Part shown: positions 39,936 through 52,699 of the stretch, piece by piece | Numbering within the stretch: the stretch's first letter is position 1 | How the letters are laid out: each line of letters opens with the position of its first letter | Assembly (NCBI RefSeq): GCF_004010195.1 | Contig: NC_057750.1 | Coordinates: forward strand, 4,102,382 to 4,166,381 | Direction of reading: 5' to 3' | Source of the DNA: Chiloscyllium plagiosum | Lineage: Eukaryota | Length of the DNA: 64,000 nt | Notes under the pieces: model-generated | What the model saw: only the letters and a program-made list of their open reading frames with translations | What the model was told of the DNA's origin: nothing | The model's database searches: none | Position numbers and translations under genes: made by a program

Positions 39936-40082
39936 AACACAAATTCCCAGCTCGGCGAACAGAACCGCAACACAGAGTTAAGGAGAATCCAAAGGGTTTT
40001 CAAAAATACCTCAAGAACAAAAGAGTAACCAGGGAGAGAATAGGGCCCCTCAAAGATCAGCAAGGCAGCCTTGGCAGCCTTT

Positions 40083-40173
40083 CCTGACTAAGGGCTTTTG
40101 CCCAAATGGTTGATTTTCCTGCTCCTCGGATGCTGCCTGGCCTGCTGTGTTTTTCCAGCACCACTCTAATCTT
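40083..40173 (+). mobile_element. PLE family B terminal fragment in CR1
   Basis: TSD agccttt (40076-40082 / 40174-40180); damaged hammerhead. Confidence 0.75.
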
Positions 40174-41825
40174 GAGCCTTTGTGTGGAACCATAGGAAAT
40201 GGGGGAGATACTAAACAAGTATTTTTCATCAGTGATAACTGTGGAGAAGGACATGGAAGAGAGAGAATGTAGGGAAATAGATGGTGACAGCTTGAAAAAT
40301 GTCCATATTACAGTGGAGGAGATGCTAGATGTTTTGAAACACACAAGTGGATAAATCACTGTCAGAACCTGAACACTGTGTGTAGTGAGGGAAGTGATTG
40401 CTGGGCCCCTTGCTGAGATATTTGTGTCATTAATAGTCACAAGTGAGATGCAGAAAGACTGGCGGTTGACTAACATGGTACTAGTATTTGAGAAAGATAC
40501 AGATGAGCCAGGGAACTGTAGACTGGTGAGCCTGAAGTTGGTGGTGGGCAAGTTGTTGAAGGAATCCTGATGGACAGAATTTACATGTATTTGGAGAGGC
40601 AAGGATTGATTAGGGATAGTCAGCATAGCTTTGTGCATGGGAAATCATGTCTCACGAACTTGATTGAGTTTTTTGAAGAAACAACAAAGAGGATTGATTA
40701 GGGCAGAGAGGTGGACGTGATTTATATGTAGTTTTAGATTAGATTAGATTCCGGACTTCAGTAAGGCGTTTCACAAGGTTCCCCATGGGAGACTGGTTAG
40801 CAAGGTTAGATCTCATGGAATATAGGGGAGAACTAGCCATTTGGATACAGAACTGGCTCCAAGACATAGGACAGAGGGTGATGGTGGAGGGTTGCGGAGG
40901 GTTGCTTTTCAGACAGGAGGCCTGTGACCAGTGGAGTGCCACAAGGATCGATGCTGGGGCCACTGCTTTCTGTCACTTATGTTCACATCCAAATCATTTA
41001 TATAAGGGGTATAGTTAGTAAGTCTGAAGATGACACCAAAATTGGAGGTGTAGTGGACAGCAAAGAAGGTTTACCTCAGAACAACGGGATCTTGATCAGA
41101 TGGGCCAACAGGCTGAGGAGTGGCAGATGGAGTTTAATTTAGATAAATGTGAGGTACTATGTTTTGGAAAAGCAAATCATAGCACGGCTTAAACACTTAA
41201 TTATAAGGTCCTAAGGAGTCTTGCTGAAGAAAGAGACTTGGAGTACAGGTTCATTGTTGCTTGAAAGTGGAGTTGCAGGTAGGTAATGAAGGTGGTGTTT
41301 GGTATGCTTTCCTTGATTGGTCACCAGTATTGAGTACATGAGTTGGGAGGTCATCTTGCAGTTGTACAGGATATTGGTTAGGCCACTGTTGGAATATTGT
41401 GTGGAATTCTGGTCTCCTTCCTATTGGAAGGATGTTGTGAAACTTGAAAGGGTTCAGAAAAGATTTACAAGGATGTTGCCAGGGTTGGAGGATTTGAGCT
41501 ACAGGGAGAGACTGAATATGCTGGGCTGTTTTCCCTGGAGCGTCGGAGGCTGAGAGGTGACCTTGTAGAGGTTTATAAAATCATGAGGGGCATGGATAAG
41601 ATCAATAGACAAGATCTTTTCCCTGGGGTGGGGGAGTCCAGAACTAGAGGGCATAGGTTTAGGGTGAGAGGGGAAAGATATTAAAGAGATCTAAGGGGCA
41701 ACGTGTTCACGCAGAGGATAGTACATGTATTAAATGAGCTGCCAGAGAAAATGGTAGAGGCTAGTGCAATTGCAGCAGTTAAAAGGCATCTGGATGGGTA
41801 TTTGAGTAGGAAGGATTTATAGGGA

Positions 41826-41932
41826 GGTAAAAACAATGACTGCAGATGCTGGAAACCAGATTCTGGATTAGTGGTAATGGAAGAGCACAGCAGTTCAGGC
41901 AGCATCCGAGGACAGGCAACATCGACGTTTCA
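41826..41932 (-). mobile_element. PLE family B terminal fragment in CR1 3' UTR
   Basis: Interrupts the CR1 aggga motif; truncated at GAAACGTCGA on the reverse strand. Confidence 0.8.
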
Positions 41933-44248
41933 AGGGATATTGGCCAATGCTGGCAAATGGGACTAGATTAGGTTAGGATATCTGGTCAGCATGGACGTGA
42001 TGGACTGAAGGGTCTATTTCCTTGCCTTAAATCTCTATGACTGTATGACATGAGGGAATGTCTATATAAGTTATTGATGATTTTCTTGAGTTCAGAATAA
42101 CTGTGAAACATTTCCATAGTGTAGTTTTGTTGCTAGGTATGAAAGGAAGATTCCACAGCTTTGAAGCCACGTAAAATAGTGATGTTATTTGATTGGAGTA
42201 GTTTGTAGAATAGCTATGTGGCACAGCCAACATTTATTTTCCAGAGGATCCAAATACGTACTAAATTTGACAACGTCTCCATTCTTTTTTGTGCTTTCAT
42301 TTGCAATGCAGAGCTGACCTTTTATTGTAGACAATTCTCCTTAAACAATTCTGTTTCTCAATTTGTCTCTCTAATCTTGTATTGAAAATGCCCTGGAGGG
42401 GTTAGTAAAGTGAAGATCCTTTTCTCCTCTGACTCTGCCATATTACCTCATCTAACTTGTATTAATGAGTACACTTGATCCTCTTGCCTGAAAAGTTTTT
42501 GATTAATTAAGGCTTTTACATCTCTTGCTCTCAAGAGTAACAGCACGCTACTTTAATAATCAATATTAACTATTTAAATTTAAAATCATGACATGTAAAT
42601 CTCATGTTAGAGCATGTCGGGAGGACATTCATGTATAATTCAAGTTTTCACTGTGTAATTTTATTCTAGGCAAGGCCTCAGGCTGTTATGCTATATGGTT
42701 TGAGATCCTGAAGTGACTTCATACCAGATTAGAATTCTCGAAGTGCAATTCATTAAGATTTCAACTCTATCTATCAAAATCACGGGTATTAAGACTCTCA
42801 TTTGGAGTTCAAGTTGGAATTTCCCTCAAAATTAGCTTTAAAACATCTGCAAGTTTGACATTCTTCTCAAAAATTCTCATTTGGCATCGTTCAACCTCCG
42901 TTGCTACTGCAGTGAGGCTTTAAAGCATTTCATAAAATGAAGGAGGTGTTTGGAGTGGGAATTAAAAAGTTGGGAAAACAGAATAAAAGGGAGTGTGACA
43001 CTGTTGCTGCCTTAATTGGAATCGAAGCACATATTCTGTTGTTTCTGTCTTTATCACAGCCAGGATGGACATAGGAGCAAACTACCTGTCCAAATGAATC
43101 CTAATATCTGTTGTGATGCAACTAATCGTTGATGTTTTCCTCTGGTTGAATGAAACATTTCATTAAATCAAAGTGAAAGGTCATGTCTCCTTTTTTTTAA
43201 CCAAAATATATTTTTCCCCTAGCCCACAAAACAGTTTAGATTAAATTTGATGTTTTTGACACTTTGGTTCCAAGCCTGTTGATGTTCTTGGATCAGAAAA
43301 ACATAACAAGGAAACTATTATGGTTGGAATAACACGCTACTGATTCAATCACTTAACAACACAAGTGACTTAGTGTGACTGAATGAGAGCTAGTGAACTA
43401 CAATAATTGGTGGTCCCAAAACAATTGTTCACTATATTACTTAAATTGAGCTGTAAAGACATATGTCTCTTCATGCTTTTTAAATTTCGCAGTTATTGTG
43501 AAGTATGTCGTCATGGACACCAGAGGAGAGCTTGCATAAAAGTATTAATTATTTTTTTTCCGGATAGTGTAAATTTTGAGTTTTGCTGGAGCATACCTAA
43601 TATATGGTTTTGAATGTTCCCGAACATGGGGAAACTAATCCCACAGCACTGGGGGTGAAGATGTTATGCATGTATTTTCATAGTTTTTTGACCAGGAATG
43701 CACTGTGTGTAAACTGTCTGTCCCTTAACCTTCCCAACTGGTTCCAGAAAATATTGACAAAGGAATGGGTGAGAGCAAATGCTTGTCTTAACCCTGCAAT
43801 TTACCTTGACTCATCATGTCCTCTTCATTTGAGACATTGACTCTACTTTCTTTTTTGCTTTGTTTCAGCTAAAATTGTTTCGTTAAAAAAATGATAGTGT
43901 TTACTCTGGGATTTAAAATAAATTGGCCTTTCCAGCTTTATTTTCAGGTTTTATTCCTGATTTTTTTTTTTAAAACTAAATCATTACACTGGTCAAAGAT
44001 GAGCAATTACGGCGGTTCTTTTAATTATGGGATAAAATAAACAGGGGCTTTTAATCATTTGACAAATAATTATTTCTGATAAGTTGCATCCACATGGGAC
44101 AAAAAGCTTGATACGTCACTGATAGATTTTTAAGATCCCAAATTTGGCTTACATGTTTTGAAAAAAACTTTAGTTGTAACAATTCTACTTCTGAATATGC
44201 TTGGTTATAGTGTTTTCTACATGTTTTAGATTTTCTTTCTTTTCCTAG

Positions 44249-44358
44249 GTTCTGAGGCTTTCTTGAGAATGCCATTACCTCCAAAACCTCAAGAGCCCCA
44301 TGGTGATATAACGCAGCACATCGTGTTCCACAGTTGATGACACATGAGATTCAATCGT
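44249..44358 (+). other. Candidate internal exon of unidentified host gene (probably 5' UTR / non-coding)
   Basis: Strong acceptor ttttctttcttttcctag| and donor cgt|gtaagt; 110 bp; lies in ~3.9 kb with no recognisable TE. All three frames contain stops. Confidence 0.55.
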
Positions 44359-46264
44359 GTAAGTCAATTAAATGCAAGGTGCACTTCTTCTTGTCAAGAA
44401 GAAATTTTAAAATTCTGTCTAGGGCTTGGGGGATTCCAAGTTGTGAAATTGAGGTTTGCACAGCTCAACATTTGCAATTCTTACGGTATTTACAACCTTA
44501 AGAATTAATGGTCCATTTGGTCTACCATGCCTGTGTGTCTACTGTTGCTCTTTATTGCAATATATCGGGATTTGCATTTTTTAAAAACCTGAACTAATTC
44601 GGTATTGCCATTAATTTAACAATTCAACAGTGCTTTAAATTTTTTTTTGTAATCTTGTATCTGGCTGTGGTGAAGTCTCTTAGTGCTTTAGTTTGACGCT
44701 ACATATGATATATCCTCAGTTGATGTCTCACAGTGTTTATGCTAAGAGATTCTGTTAACTGCTTTTATAGACTGAAGGAGTGCTTAATTAAATGCTCTGT
44801 GAAAATCAGGATTGGAAGAACGTTTGTGACTGCATATACTGATCTCTTGTTCAAAATATGCTGCATTATAATTTTATTTTATTGTGGGTGAGCAGTGGAG
44901 AAGAAAAACATTACTAATGCAGTAGTGACTGCCATAAATGAAGATGAAACTAAGGACAGGTGGTTGGTCTAGAATAAAAGGAACTTTACATTCAACTAAA
45001 CCTAAACTGGGAGAATTTGGCCCTGTTGTCCAGTGTGAACATTGTTTAAAAAGGTAACATATTCATCGATAACTTCTTTTCAGCCTCACCCTTGTGCTTT
45101 GATGTTTTCAGTTGCATCTAAGTCTATATACAACCACAAATGCTTTTACCCATCAGTCAGGCAGCATCTATGAAGTGACAACAAAAAAAGTGTAAAAATA
45201 GACCAAATAAAAAGAAGCTTCACTGTACCTCCTGTCAAAATGCTTAACAAAATAATAGGTATATCAACTACCACTAATTAACTATTCCAATATAGTTATG
45301 TTGCATAAACACACCTCTTGACAAAGATAAATTCAGTAAAAATTGTCTCAAGGTCAATTCTAGCAGCAGAAAGAGCACCACAGCTTTTAGCTGTAATGGT
45401 GAGGAATAACCGTTTCCACATCTTGCTTCAAGACCCCAGCAACTGCAGAAAGCTAAAACTAAAACTCCTGATTTTTGTGGGAGCTAGGCCATACCCATTC
45501 AGGCTGCTTCTACTGTTCCAACTGTTTGTTTTTTTAGAAAGCCCCAAGGCCTCACAGCTGTTTACTCTAGCTTTGAGCAGACTGCTGGTTACCTCTGTTT
45601 CAACCTTTCTTCACAAAAAAAGAACAAAATACCCCTCTTAAAGTCATAGTATCATTACAGGAATGACTACTTCTATGGCGTAGCAACAGGCATTGAGTTG
45701 GAACAAGGGAATGTAGGCATAAGCTAAGTGTTGGGGATGGGTAGTTGGGTAGGGGTGCACAGTGCAGAATACTACAGGGAAAAGGGAAGGACTTGTGTCA
45801 GCGGCTGAGGAATTCCTTTTTTGGATACTAATGACCACTTGCTGCTCTGTGAAGGAACTTTCAGAAATCTTTGTGGCCTGGGTGGGAAAGAAACAATTTT
45901 TCGTGTCGTCTTAAGACAAATTCGTTGCCCACTTATTGTGTTGTAAGTAAAATACAGTGATGCTGGAAATCTGAAATGAAAACTCTTCTGCTGCAATCGA
46001 AACATTAACCATGTTTCTGTCTCCAAAGATGCTGCCAGACCTGCTGTGTTCCTCCAGCATATTTTTTTTCCCCCCACACTTGATGGTTTTGGTTTCACCC
46101 TCCTGATTTTTCTGGACTTAAATTGCATTAAGCATCAGTGATGTTGAGGGGCTGTGACTTCGATTTGTTAACTTGGTACCTGGCTGCCTATGGTGGGCAG
46201 TCCCTCATGTGCCTAATTGCTGCTTTGTAGAAGTAAGAAGGAAAATGGCGCGACTCCCACCGAG

Positions 46265-46905
46265 GAAAACAAATGGAAATTTGTCCTTCATTGCTAAAGG
46301 GATTAAGTTTAAAAGTAGGGATGTTATGCTGTATAGGACGCTGGTGAGGCCACACCTGGAGTACTGTGTGTAGTTTTGGTCTCCTTACTTGAGAAAGGAC
46401 ATACTGGCACTGGAGGGGGTGCAGAGGAGGTTCGCTAGATTAATTCCAGAGTTGAGGAAGTTGACTTATGAGTAGAGACTGAGTAAACTGCGATTATATT
46501 CACTGGAATTTAGAAGAATGAGGTGGGATCTGAGAGAAACATTAAAATTATGAAGGGAATAGATAAAATAGATGTAGAGAGGATATTTCCACTGGAAGGT
46601 GAAACTACGACAAGAGGGCACAGCCTCAAAATTAGGGGGAGCAGATTTAGGACTGAATTGAGAAAGAACTTCATCGCCCAGAGGGTTGTGAATCTGTGGG
46701 ATTCCCTGCGCAGTGAAGTAGTTGATGTTACTTCAGCCAATGTTTTTAAAGTAAAGAATTTTTGAACAATGAAGGAATTAAGGGTTATGGTGAGAGGGCA
46801 AGTAAGTGGAGCTGGGTCCACCGAAAGATCAGCCATGATCTTATTGAATGGCCGAGCAGGTTTGAAGGGCCAGATGGCCACTCCTGATCCTAGTTCTTGT
46901 GTTCT
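46265..46905 (+). mobile_element. CR1 3' fragment (different subfamily)
   Basis: [35 protein letters not shown]; 3' UTR like 16790-16895. Confidence 0.9.
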
Positions 46906-47471
46906 GTGTCCCGCCCCAATCTCCATCCCTTTTTGAGGCAGATTGGGTTTAAAACTCTGATTTTGTTTCGTTAGTTTCTGATAAATGAATAGGGAAGGTA
47001 TCCTCCAAGGCAGATGTTACTTACATTTGGATAGTTTCACATTTTAAAATGAAGCTTCCAAACAGGCTCTGGTACCAGGCTGACCAATTTCTTGCAGGTT
47101 TTGAAAGTCAAATAATGCAGACACCTGTTTCGTAATTGCGGAGACAAAATTTAGAAAAGGTTGCAAATTTTTTTGAGGGGAAAAATAATCATTTTAGTAG
47201 CTAAAATGGTCTTTGTGTTGACAAATGCTGAAAGTGTCAGGTTATGTAGACTCTGTGAAGCTACATTGTAATCAATGCATGTTGTAGCAGTCTCACGTTT
47301 AATGCAAATAATGCTGTTTCTGTGGGTGCACACCATGTGTTTTTAGGGTATACATGTGTGCACACAGTGTTCCTTCCTGATTTCTATCGCACCATTTAAC
47401 TGCACCAATTTTCTCATTTTATAATCTATGTTTACGGTGTAGGTTTGCTCGCTGAGCTGTAGGTTTGATAT

Positions 47472-47511
47472 CCAGACGTTTCATTATCTGGCTAGGTAAC
47501 ATCATCAGTGG
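47472..47511 (-). ncRNA. Minimal hammerhead ribozyme motif, intact
   Basis: Reverse: cca-CTGATGA-T-GTTACCT-AGCC-AGATAAT-GAAAC-GTC-tgg. Confidence 0.8.
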
Positions 47512-48378
47512 CGACCTCCAAGTGAAGCGAAGTGTTGTCTCCTGCTTTCTATTTATATCCTTCTCCTGGATGGGGTTCCTGGGATTTGTGGTGATGTCAT
47601 TTTCTGTATGTTTTCTGAGGGGTTGATAGATGGTATCTAGATCTGTGTTTGTTTATGGCGTTGTGGTTGGAGTGCCAGGCCTCTAGGAATTCTTTGGCAT
47701 GTCTTTGCTTAGCCTGTCCCAGGATAGATGTGTTGTCCCAGTCGAAATGGTGGGTTTTTTTCATTCGTATGTAGAGCTATGAGGGAGAGAGGGTCGTATC
47801 TTTTTGTGGCTAGCTGGTGTTCGTGTATCCTTGTGGCTAACTTTCTTCTTGTTTGTCCCACATAGTGATTGTGGCAGTCCTTGCATGGACTTTTGTAGAT
47901 GACGTTGGTTTTGTCCATGGGTTGTACTGGGTCTTTTAAGTTTGTTNNNNNNNNNNNNNNNNNNNNNNNNNNNNNNNNNNNNNNNNNNNNNNNNNNNNNN
48001 NNNNNNNNNNNNNNNNNNNNNNNNNNNNNNNNNNNNNNNNNNNNNNNNNNNNNNNNNNNNNNNNNNNNNNNNNNNNNNNNNGTTTTCTGTATACGCAGGT
48101 TTGTAGTTCTCCGTTGTCCTTTCTTTCGACTGTGACGTCCAGGAATGCGAGTTCGTTGTCGGTTTCTTCCTCCTTGGTGAACTTTATGCCTATGAGGGTG
48201 TTGTTGATGATGTTAAATGCCTCTTCTATCTTGTTTCGTTTTGTGATGACAAAGGTGTCATCTACGTAGCGGACCCAGATTTTTGGTTTGATGGTTGATA
48301 GGGCTGTTTGTTCTAGTCTTTGCATTACTGCTTCTGCTATGAATCCTGATAATGGAGATTCGCTTCACTTGGAGGTCG

Positions 48379-48418
48379 CCACTGATGATGTTACTGAGCC
48401 AGATAATGAAACGTCTGG
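48379..48418 (+). ncRNA. Minimal hammerhead ribozyme motif (core intact, stem II weakened)
   Basis: cca-CTGATGA-T-GTTACTG-AGCC-AGATAAT-GAAAC-GTC-tgg. Confidence 0.7.
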
Positions 48419-49439
48419 ATATCAAACCTACAGCTCAGCGATCAAACCTCAACCTGAGCTACAAACCTTGCAAAAAATAATCTGTTTTTCAATATACCTG
48501 TAATAGTCACAGTTTAGACTTTCTAACTCTGATCTTGGCAAATAATTGTACTTTTGTGAGCAGCGGTTTATTTCTGTAGAGAGCTAATTTGCATTGTGAA
48601 GAACGATAATTAAATATCTTCTGTGAACTGCAGTGCGGATTATTCTTCAGAAACCCCATTCTCTCAGCCTGTCTATTTTTATTTAAACTGGTCCAGTGTG
48701 CAGATATTCTATGATGGACGAGAATAAGGGAGGATGTTTTTTTGTCAATTCAGAGGCATGTTTATTATAGAGCCAACAAGACAATGACTCATGTAGTTTC
48801 TGTCAGTTGTTTTTGTCAGTTTTGCTTTGCAGATTGTGGTGACCTCACTAACCTGGTGTACACAAGGTGTGTCACTATTCCTGTTGTTCAGCATGCCGTT
48901 TTGGATCTGTACTGAGTTTTAGTTATTGATGATAACCTTCCACTTTGCTTACAAAAATGTATTTGTTTTTTCTCATACCATTTTGGCTGTACTCTTTCTG
49001 AACATAAAAGTACTTGGCTTCTTCCTTTATAAGCGTGCTCTTTGACTCCTTTTTTTAAGGGGTTTAAGATGGAAGTGTGTAACTTTTTCAGCGATGACCT
49101 TTTGTTTTGACTCTTTTGAGTCTCTTGTTGATTTAAAAAAAAACTAAATCTGCAAGATGGCAATTTTAAGAGACTGAGAAAGTTACTGACTTTGAGGTGG
49201 TCAGGGCTCTGTATTGGTGATACTTTGGTGTTTTAGTATGCAGTGTTGGAAATTTTATGGCTGGCTCTGTACCAATATGAAGCCACGGTGGACGAGACAA
49301 TGTGCTCACACTTCATTGAAAACCACCAAATGGCAAAGCAGGGTCACCTTTTGAAGTCTTTAATGTTGAGATTTGAATGAATAGTACATATTTTAGTGGT
49401 GACACTCTAAGCAGGTGGAACCCTGTCCCTTAAGTTTTT

Positions 49440-49760
49440 ATTTCACAGAATGAGGCCAAGCCAGCATTTATTGTCAATCCCGAAATGCCCTTTGATGTTG
49501 GTGAGCTGCTGTCTTGAGTTGGTGCAGTCCATGTGTGGTACGTGGACTTGCAGTATTGTTGATGTGGATGGACCAGGATTTTGACTAGTGACCGTGAAGC
49601 AACAGCAATACAGTTCCAGCTCAGGATGGTTTTGGCTTTGAGGGGATCTTGCAGGTGGTGGCACTGCAAAATATCTATATGCCCTTTTCATTTTCAGTAG
49701 TAGTTGTCATGGGTTTAGAACATGCTGTCTAGGAAGCCTTCGTGAGTTAACATTGCACTT
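49440..49760 (-). mobile_element. LINE-B 3' end
   Basis: Reverse match to 10895-11220. Confidence 0.75.
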
Positions 49761-50303
49761 TGGAGTTTTGTACACACTGCACTGCACTTTGGAGTATCAA
49801 AAACTTGTACGTTAAAATATTCTCTTCACTTTGTAGCTAAATAAGCACTAGTTCAAACTATTGTTATGTCTGTAAGTATTATTTACCCTGCATTGATCTA
49901 AGAGTTGACTAGGTTTTTTTGTATTGCATCTATTATGAGCTTCTGTTGTGTATTATGTTAATTGTGCTGACGTGCCACAGATGAGTTTTTACATAGTGCT
50001 GCTTCAACACTAGCATTTACTTTTAAAATATATTTAGGTTCTGGACAAATCTATGGTGTGTACCGTACTTGTTTACTTCCCTTGCTTCAAAATAAAAGTG
50101 TAGAAATGTTACTGAAATGGTGTTTATTGCTACTAAAAATTCTTGCGTATGTTCATTTTCCTAGAGCGTGTCAATGCTACTTGTTGCAAGAGATATCACA
50201 ATGCATATGTCTCAGAACATGTCAAGTGCAAACAAAAGCAAGGTGAGAGGTGACAGGGATGATGAACAAACAAACTGCCTTTTTAAAAACATTTCAGTAC
50301 TTT

Positions 50304-50649
50304 GGGGTGGTACAGTGGGTCAGTTGGTTAGCACTGCTGCTACACAACAGTTAGGACCAGAGTTCAATTCCACTCGAGGGCAGCTGTCAGTGGAGTTTGC
50401 ACATTCTCCCCATGTCTGCGTGGGTTTCCTCCCACAGTCCAAATATGTGCAGGTTAGGTGGATTGGTCATGTTAAATTGTCCATTGTGTCTTGGGATATG
50501 TTGGTTAGGTGTGTTAGCCATGGAAAATGTAGGGTTGAAGGTAAAAGGTAGGGGGTGGGTCTGGATGGGATGTTGTTCACGGCCAGGGGGGTCAGTGTGA
50601 TCTTGGTGGGCTGAATGGCCTGTTTCCACATTGTATGGATTCTATTCTA
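50304..50649 (+). mobile_element. HE1-type SINE
   Basis: Collinear with 14139-14440; B box gagttcaattcc; (ttcta)n tail. Confidence 0.85.
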
Positions 50650-51159
50650 CCTACAAGTATTACTCATCCAAGACTTCATGATCTCTTGCAATTTGGGTTG
50701 CAGAGACCCATGCCTCTGGATGACGAGTCATGGACTGCTGTTCAAAAATTTTATAGCACCTCAAGTGGCTTTTAATATGTTGCCTATGTTGTTTTAATAT
50801 TGTATGCTAAAAATCCCCTACATGCATTTTTTGGAGCACTGTGTATCACAACTGTCCCTCCTGTTGCTGTTGTGCATTCTGTTTGGTAATGGTTGCCAAA
50901 GTATTGATTTGTTCAGCCACTTGATACTTGATATACCCAAAAGGTGTTTACTGCAGTATATTGAATGATGGTGCTTGATGGTTGCAAGATTTACTGTGCA
51001 GATGCTTGGTAAGTCTGTTCAGAAATAAACCATGTCTATATCTTAGTGTCTTGGTTCTGACATTAGTAAGACTTCAAGTCACTCGGTAATGTAGATTATT
51101 TCCCTGTGCAGTCCACCAATTTCCTAATCTCTTTCCCCATCCTCCTCCTTTCTTCCCTC

Positions 51160-51392
51160 TGTAATGATTGAAATGAGGTCAGCCAGGTAGACAACATAGA
51201 ATGAGTTCCCCGATTGGAGCTGTTAATCTGCTCCAATCATGGAGCCCTGGCTGACAGATAAGAACAGGAATGTCAGACATCCTGTTCACTGACAGTTGGC
51301 TCTGAGGGAGCTGGTTCCATGTTAAGGACTCTCCATGTGTAAATAAAGGGTGACTTGGTGACAGGATACCAGCCTGTGTGGATTTTATTGCA
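51160..51392 (+). mobile_element. Solo LTR of the Gypsy family found at 30529-33345
   Basis: TG...CA ends and internal aataaa; reverse-collinear with 31320-31430, 30832-30900 and 30529-30588. Confidence 0.8.
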
Positions 51393-52699
51393 TCCTTTTC
51401 TTTCCCCCAGACTTCTCAATTTTAAAAAAAACACAAGTTAAAACAACCAATCTTCAAAGCCAGACTTCAGTTTTATTGTCCCTGGTGTCACAAAGCCACA
51501 TGCAGCATTTGGAATCACCAGCGATGGAGCTTTTGCCCTCAAGGGTATGAATTATATGTGCATTCATTCTTTGATTTCTTTCTTTGTACGTTGGTAGAAG
51601 CATAGGGGAATAAACAACCATCCATTCGAAATGCGCTACTGCTCCCTTGCCTATTCTGTGCACCAGTTAATGCAAGCAGACTATCCTGGGACCTCTAAAG
51701 ACAACCGAAATTCTTGCTCAAGGAAATGTAGAACTACAGCCTGAGATGATAATTACTTATTTATTATTTCACATCCTCTCCCTTCCCTTTGTCTCATGAT
51801 TGCGTATTCCCTGTGTTCCCTTTCCCTATTTAAGTCGATTGAGGAATCCTTAAGCTGTAAAATATAATACATTTGGTCTCGTGCTCCAAAAGCGTATTTA
51901 CAGGATCAGCTGAGGTAAGGAAAACTATAACTTTATTAAAGAAGCATTCTACTGTAACTTCACCTTGCTTTAAAGCATTACATCGTGAATAATATCCCTC
52001 ATATCACAGTTTGACTTAACCCTTTATATTCCATCACTCCTCCAATTTGTTTCGACCCATTTGATAGCTGAGCTAGCATCCTCTTGCTTTGTTGTGCACT
52101 CCTTTCCACATCTTGTTTGAAATGAAGGTTTAATTTTATTGTGCCCAATCCTGTTCAAGAAAAATTAACATCTTTTTAATCTGCAGTAATAAATATATAC
52201 TTTTATTTGGAAAGCTGTTTTCAGTGTTTGATGGCTGTCTGCTAACTAAATTAGTGGTTGGTACTTTCATTCGAAAACGCAAAGAATGGAAAATTGGAAA
52301 CCTGGCCCGATAATAACAGGGTGTGCTGAAACAACTCTTTTCCTTTTTATCTTCTAGCCCAAGGGCAATGCTGCTTTGGATTTTCTGATAATTAATTATT
52401 GTAGCATATTTGGAAATGCAGGTTTCAAATTTGTTTTTTTTTTAAACATGTCTGTTCATAACACCTTGAGACTGGGAGCTTTAGATTTAACTAGGAGTCT
52501 AGTTAGAACAATGCTGTTGAGGGATTCCTGGTATGACTGAATTTGTGTGACTGCTTTTATACTGAGATGAGAACCACTAAATTTTGAGTATGTTCACTAA
52601 AACAGCTCCATATCTTTAGGCTTACTGTGCTGTGGATTCTGTTTTTAAAGCTCCCCTCTATAGGGTTACAAGTTCGATATCAGTGATAACATCAGAAAA

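Larger units (their letters stand above)
38638..39973 (+). mobile_element. Young Penelope-like element (family A2), 5'-truncated with inverted terminal piece
   Basis: Perfect TSD agagttaaggaga (38625-38637 / 39974-39986). Inverted terminal piece at 38641-38744 versus 39896-39973; uninterrupted RT frame. Confidence 0.95.
38055..42045 (+). mobile_element. CR1 (HER1-like) LINE, 5'-truncated in the endonuclease, carrying PLE insertions
   Basis: DLLLGN...[58 protein letters not shown]; 3' UTR to 42045. Collinear with 58135-61237. Confidence 0.95.
47436..48476 (-). mobile_element. Young Penelope-like element (family A) with RT and GIY-YIG remnants and inverted terminal piece
   Basis: RT: AEAVMQRLEQ...WVRYVDDTF...IKFTKEEE...LAFLDV. 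GIY-YIG: NVIYKSPCKDCHNHYVGQTRRKLATRIHEH. Inverted piece at 48359-48476; imperfect TSD ataatct..gttt (47421 / 48477). Gap at 47947-48081. Confidence 0.95.

Noticed and set aside
38738..39942. Long ORFs of 212-352 aa in the ORF track
   Set aside because: Their length comes from the N gap; only the + strand RT frame is real.
44334..44440. TGATGA as a C box of a C/D snoRNA
   Set aside because: No downstream CTGA D box or terminal stem at a suitable distance.
48784..49975. Isolated AP-1 (tgactca) and CRE-like (tgacgt) motifs
   Set aside because: Expected by chance in 64 kb; no promoter or CpG island context.
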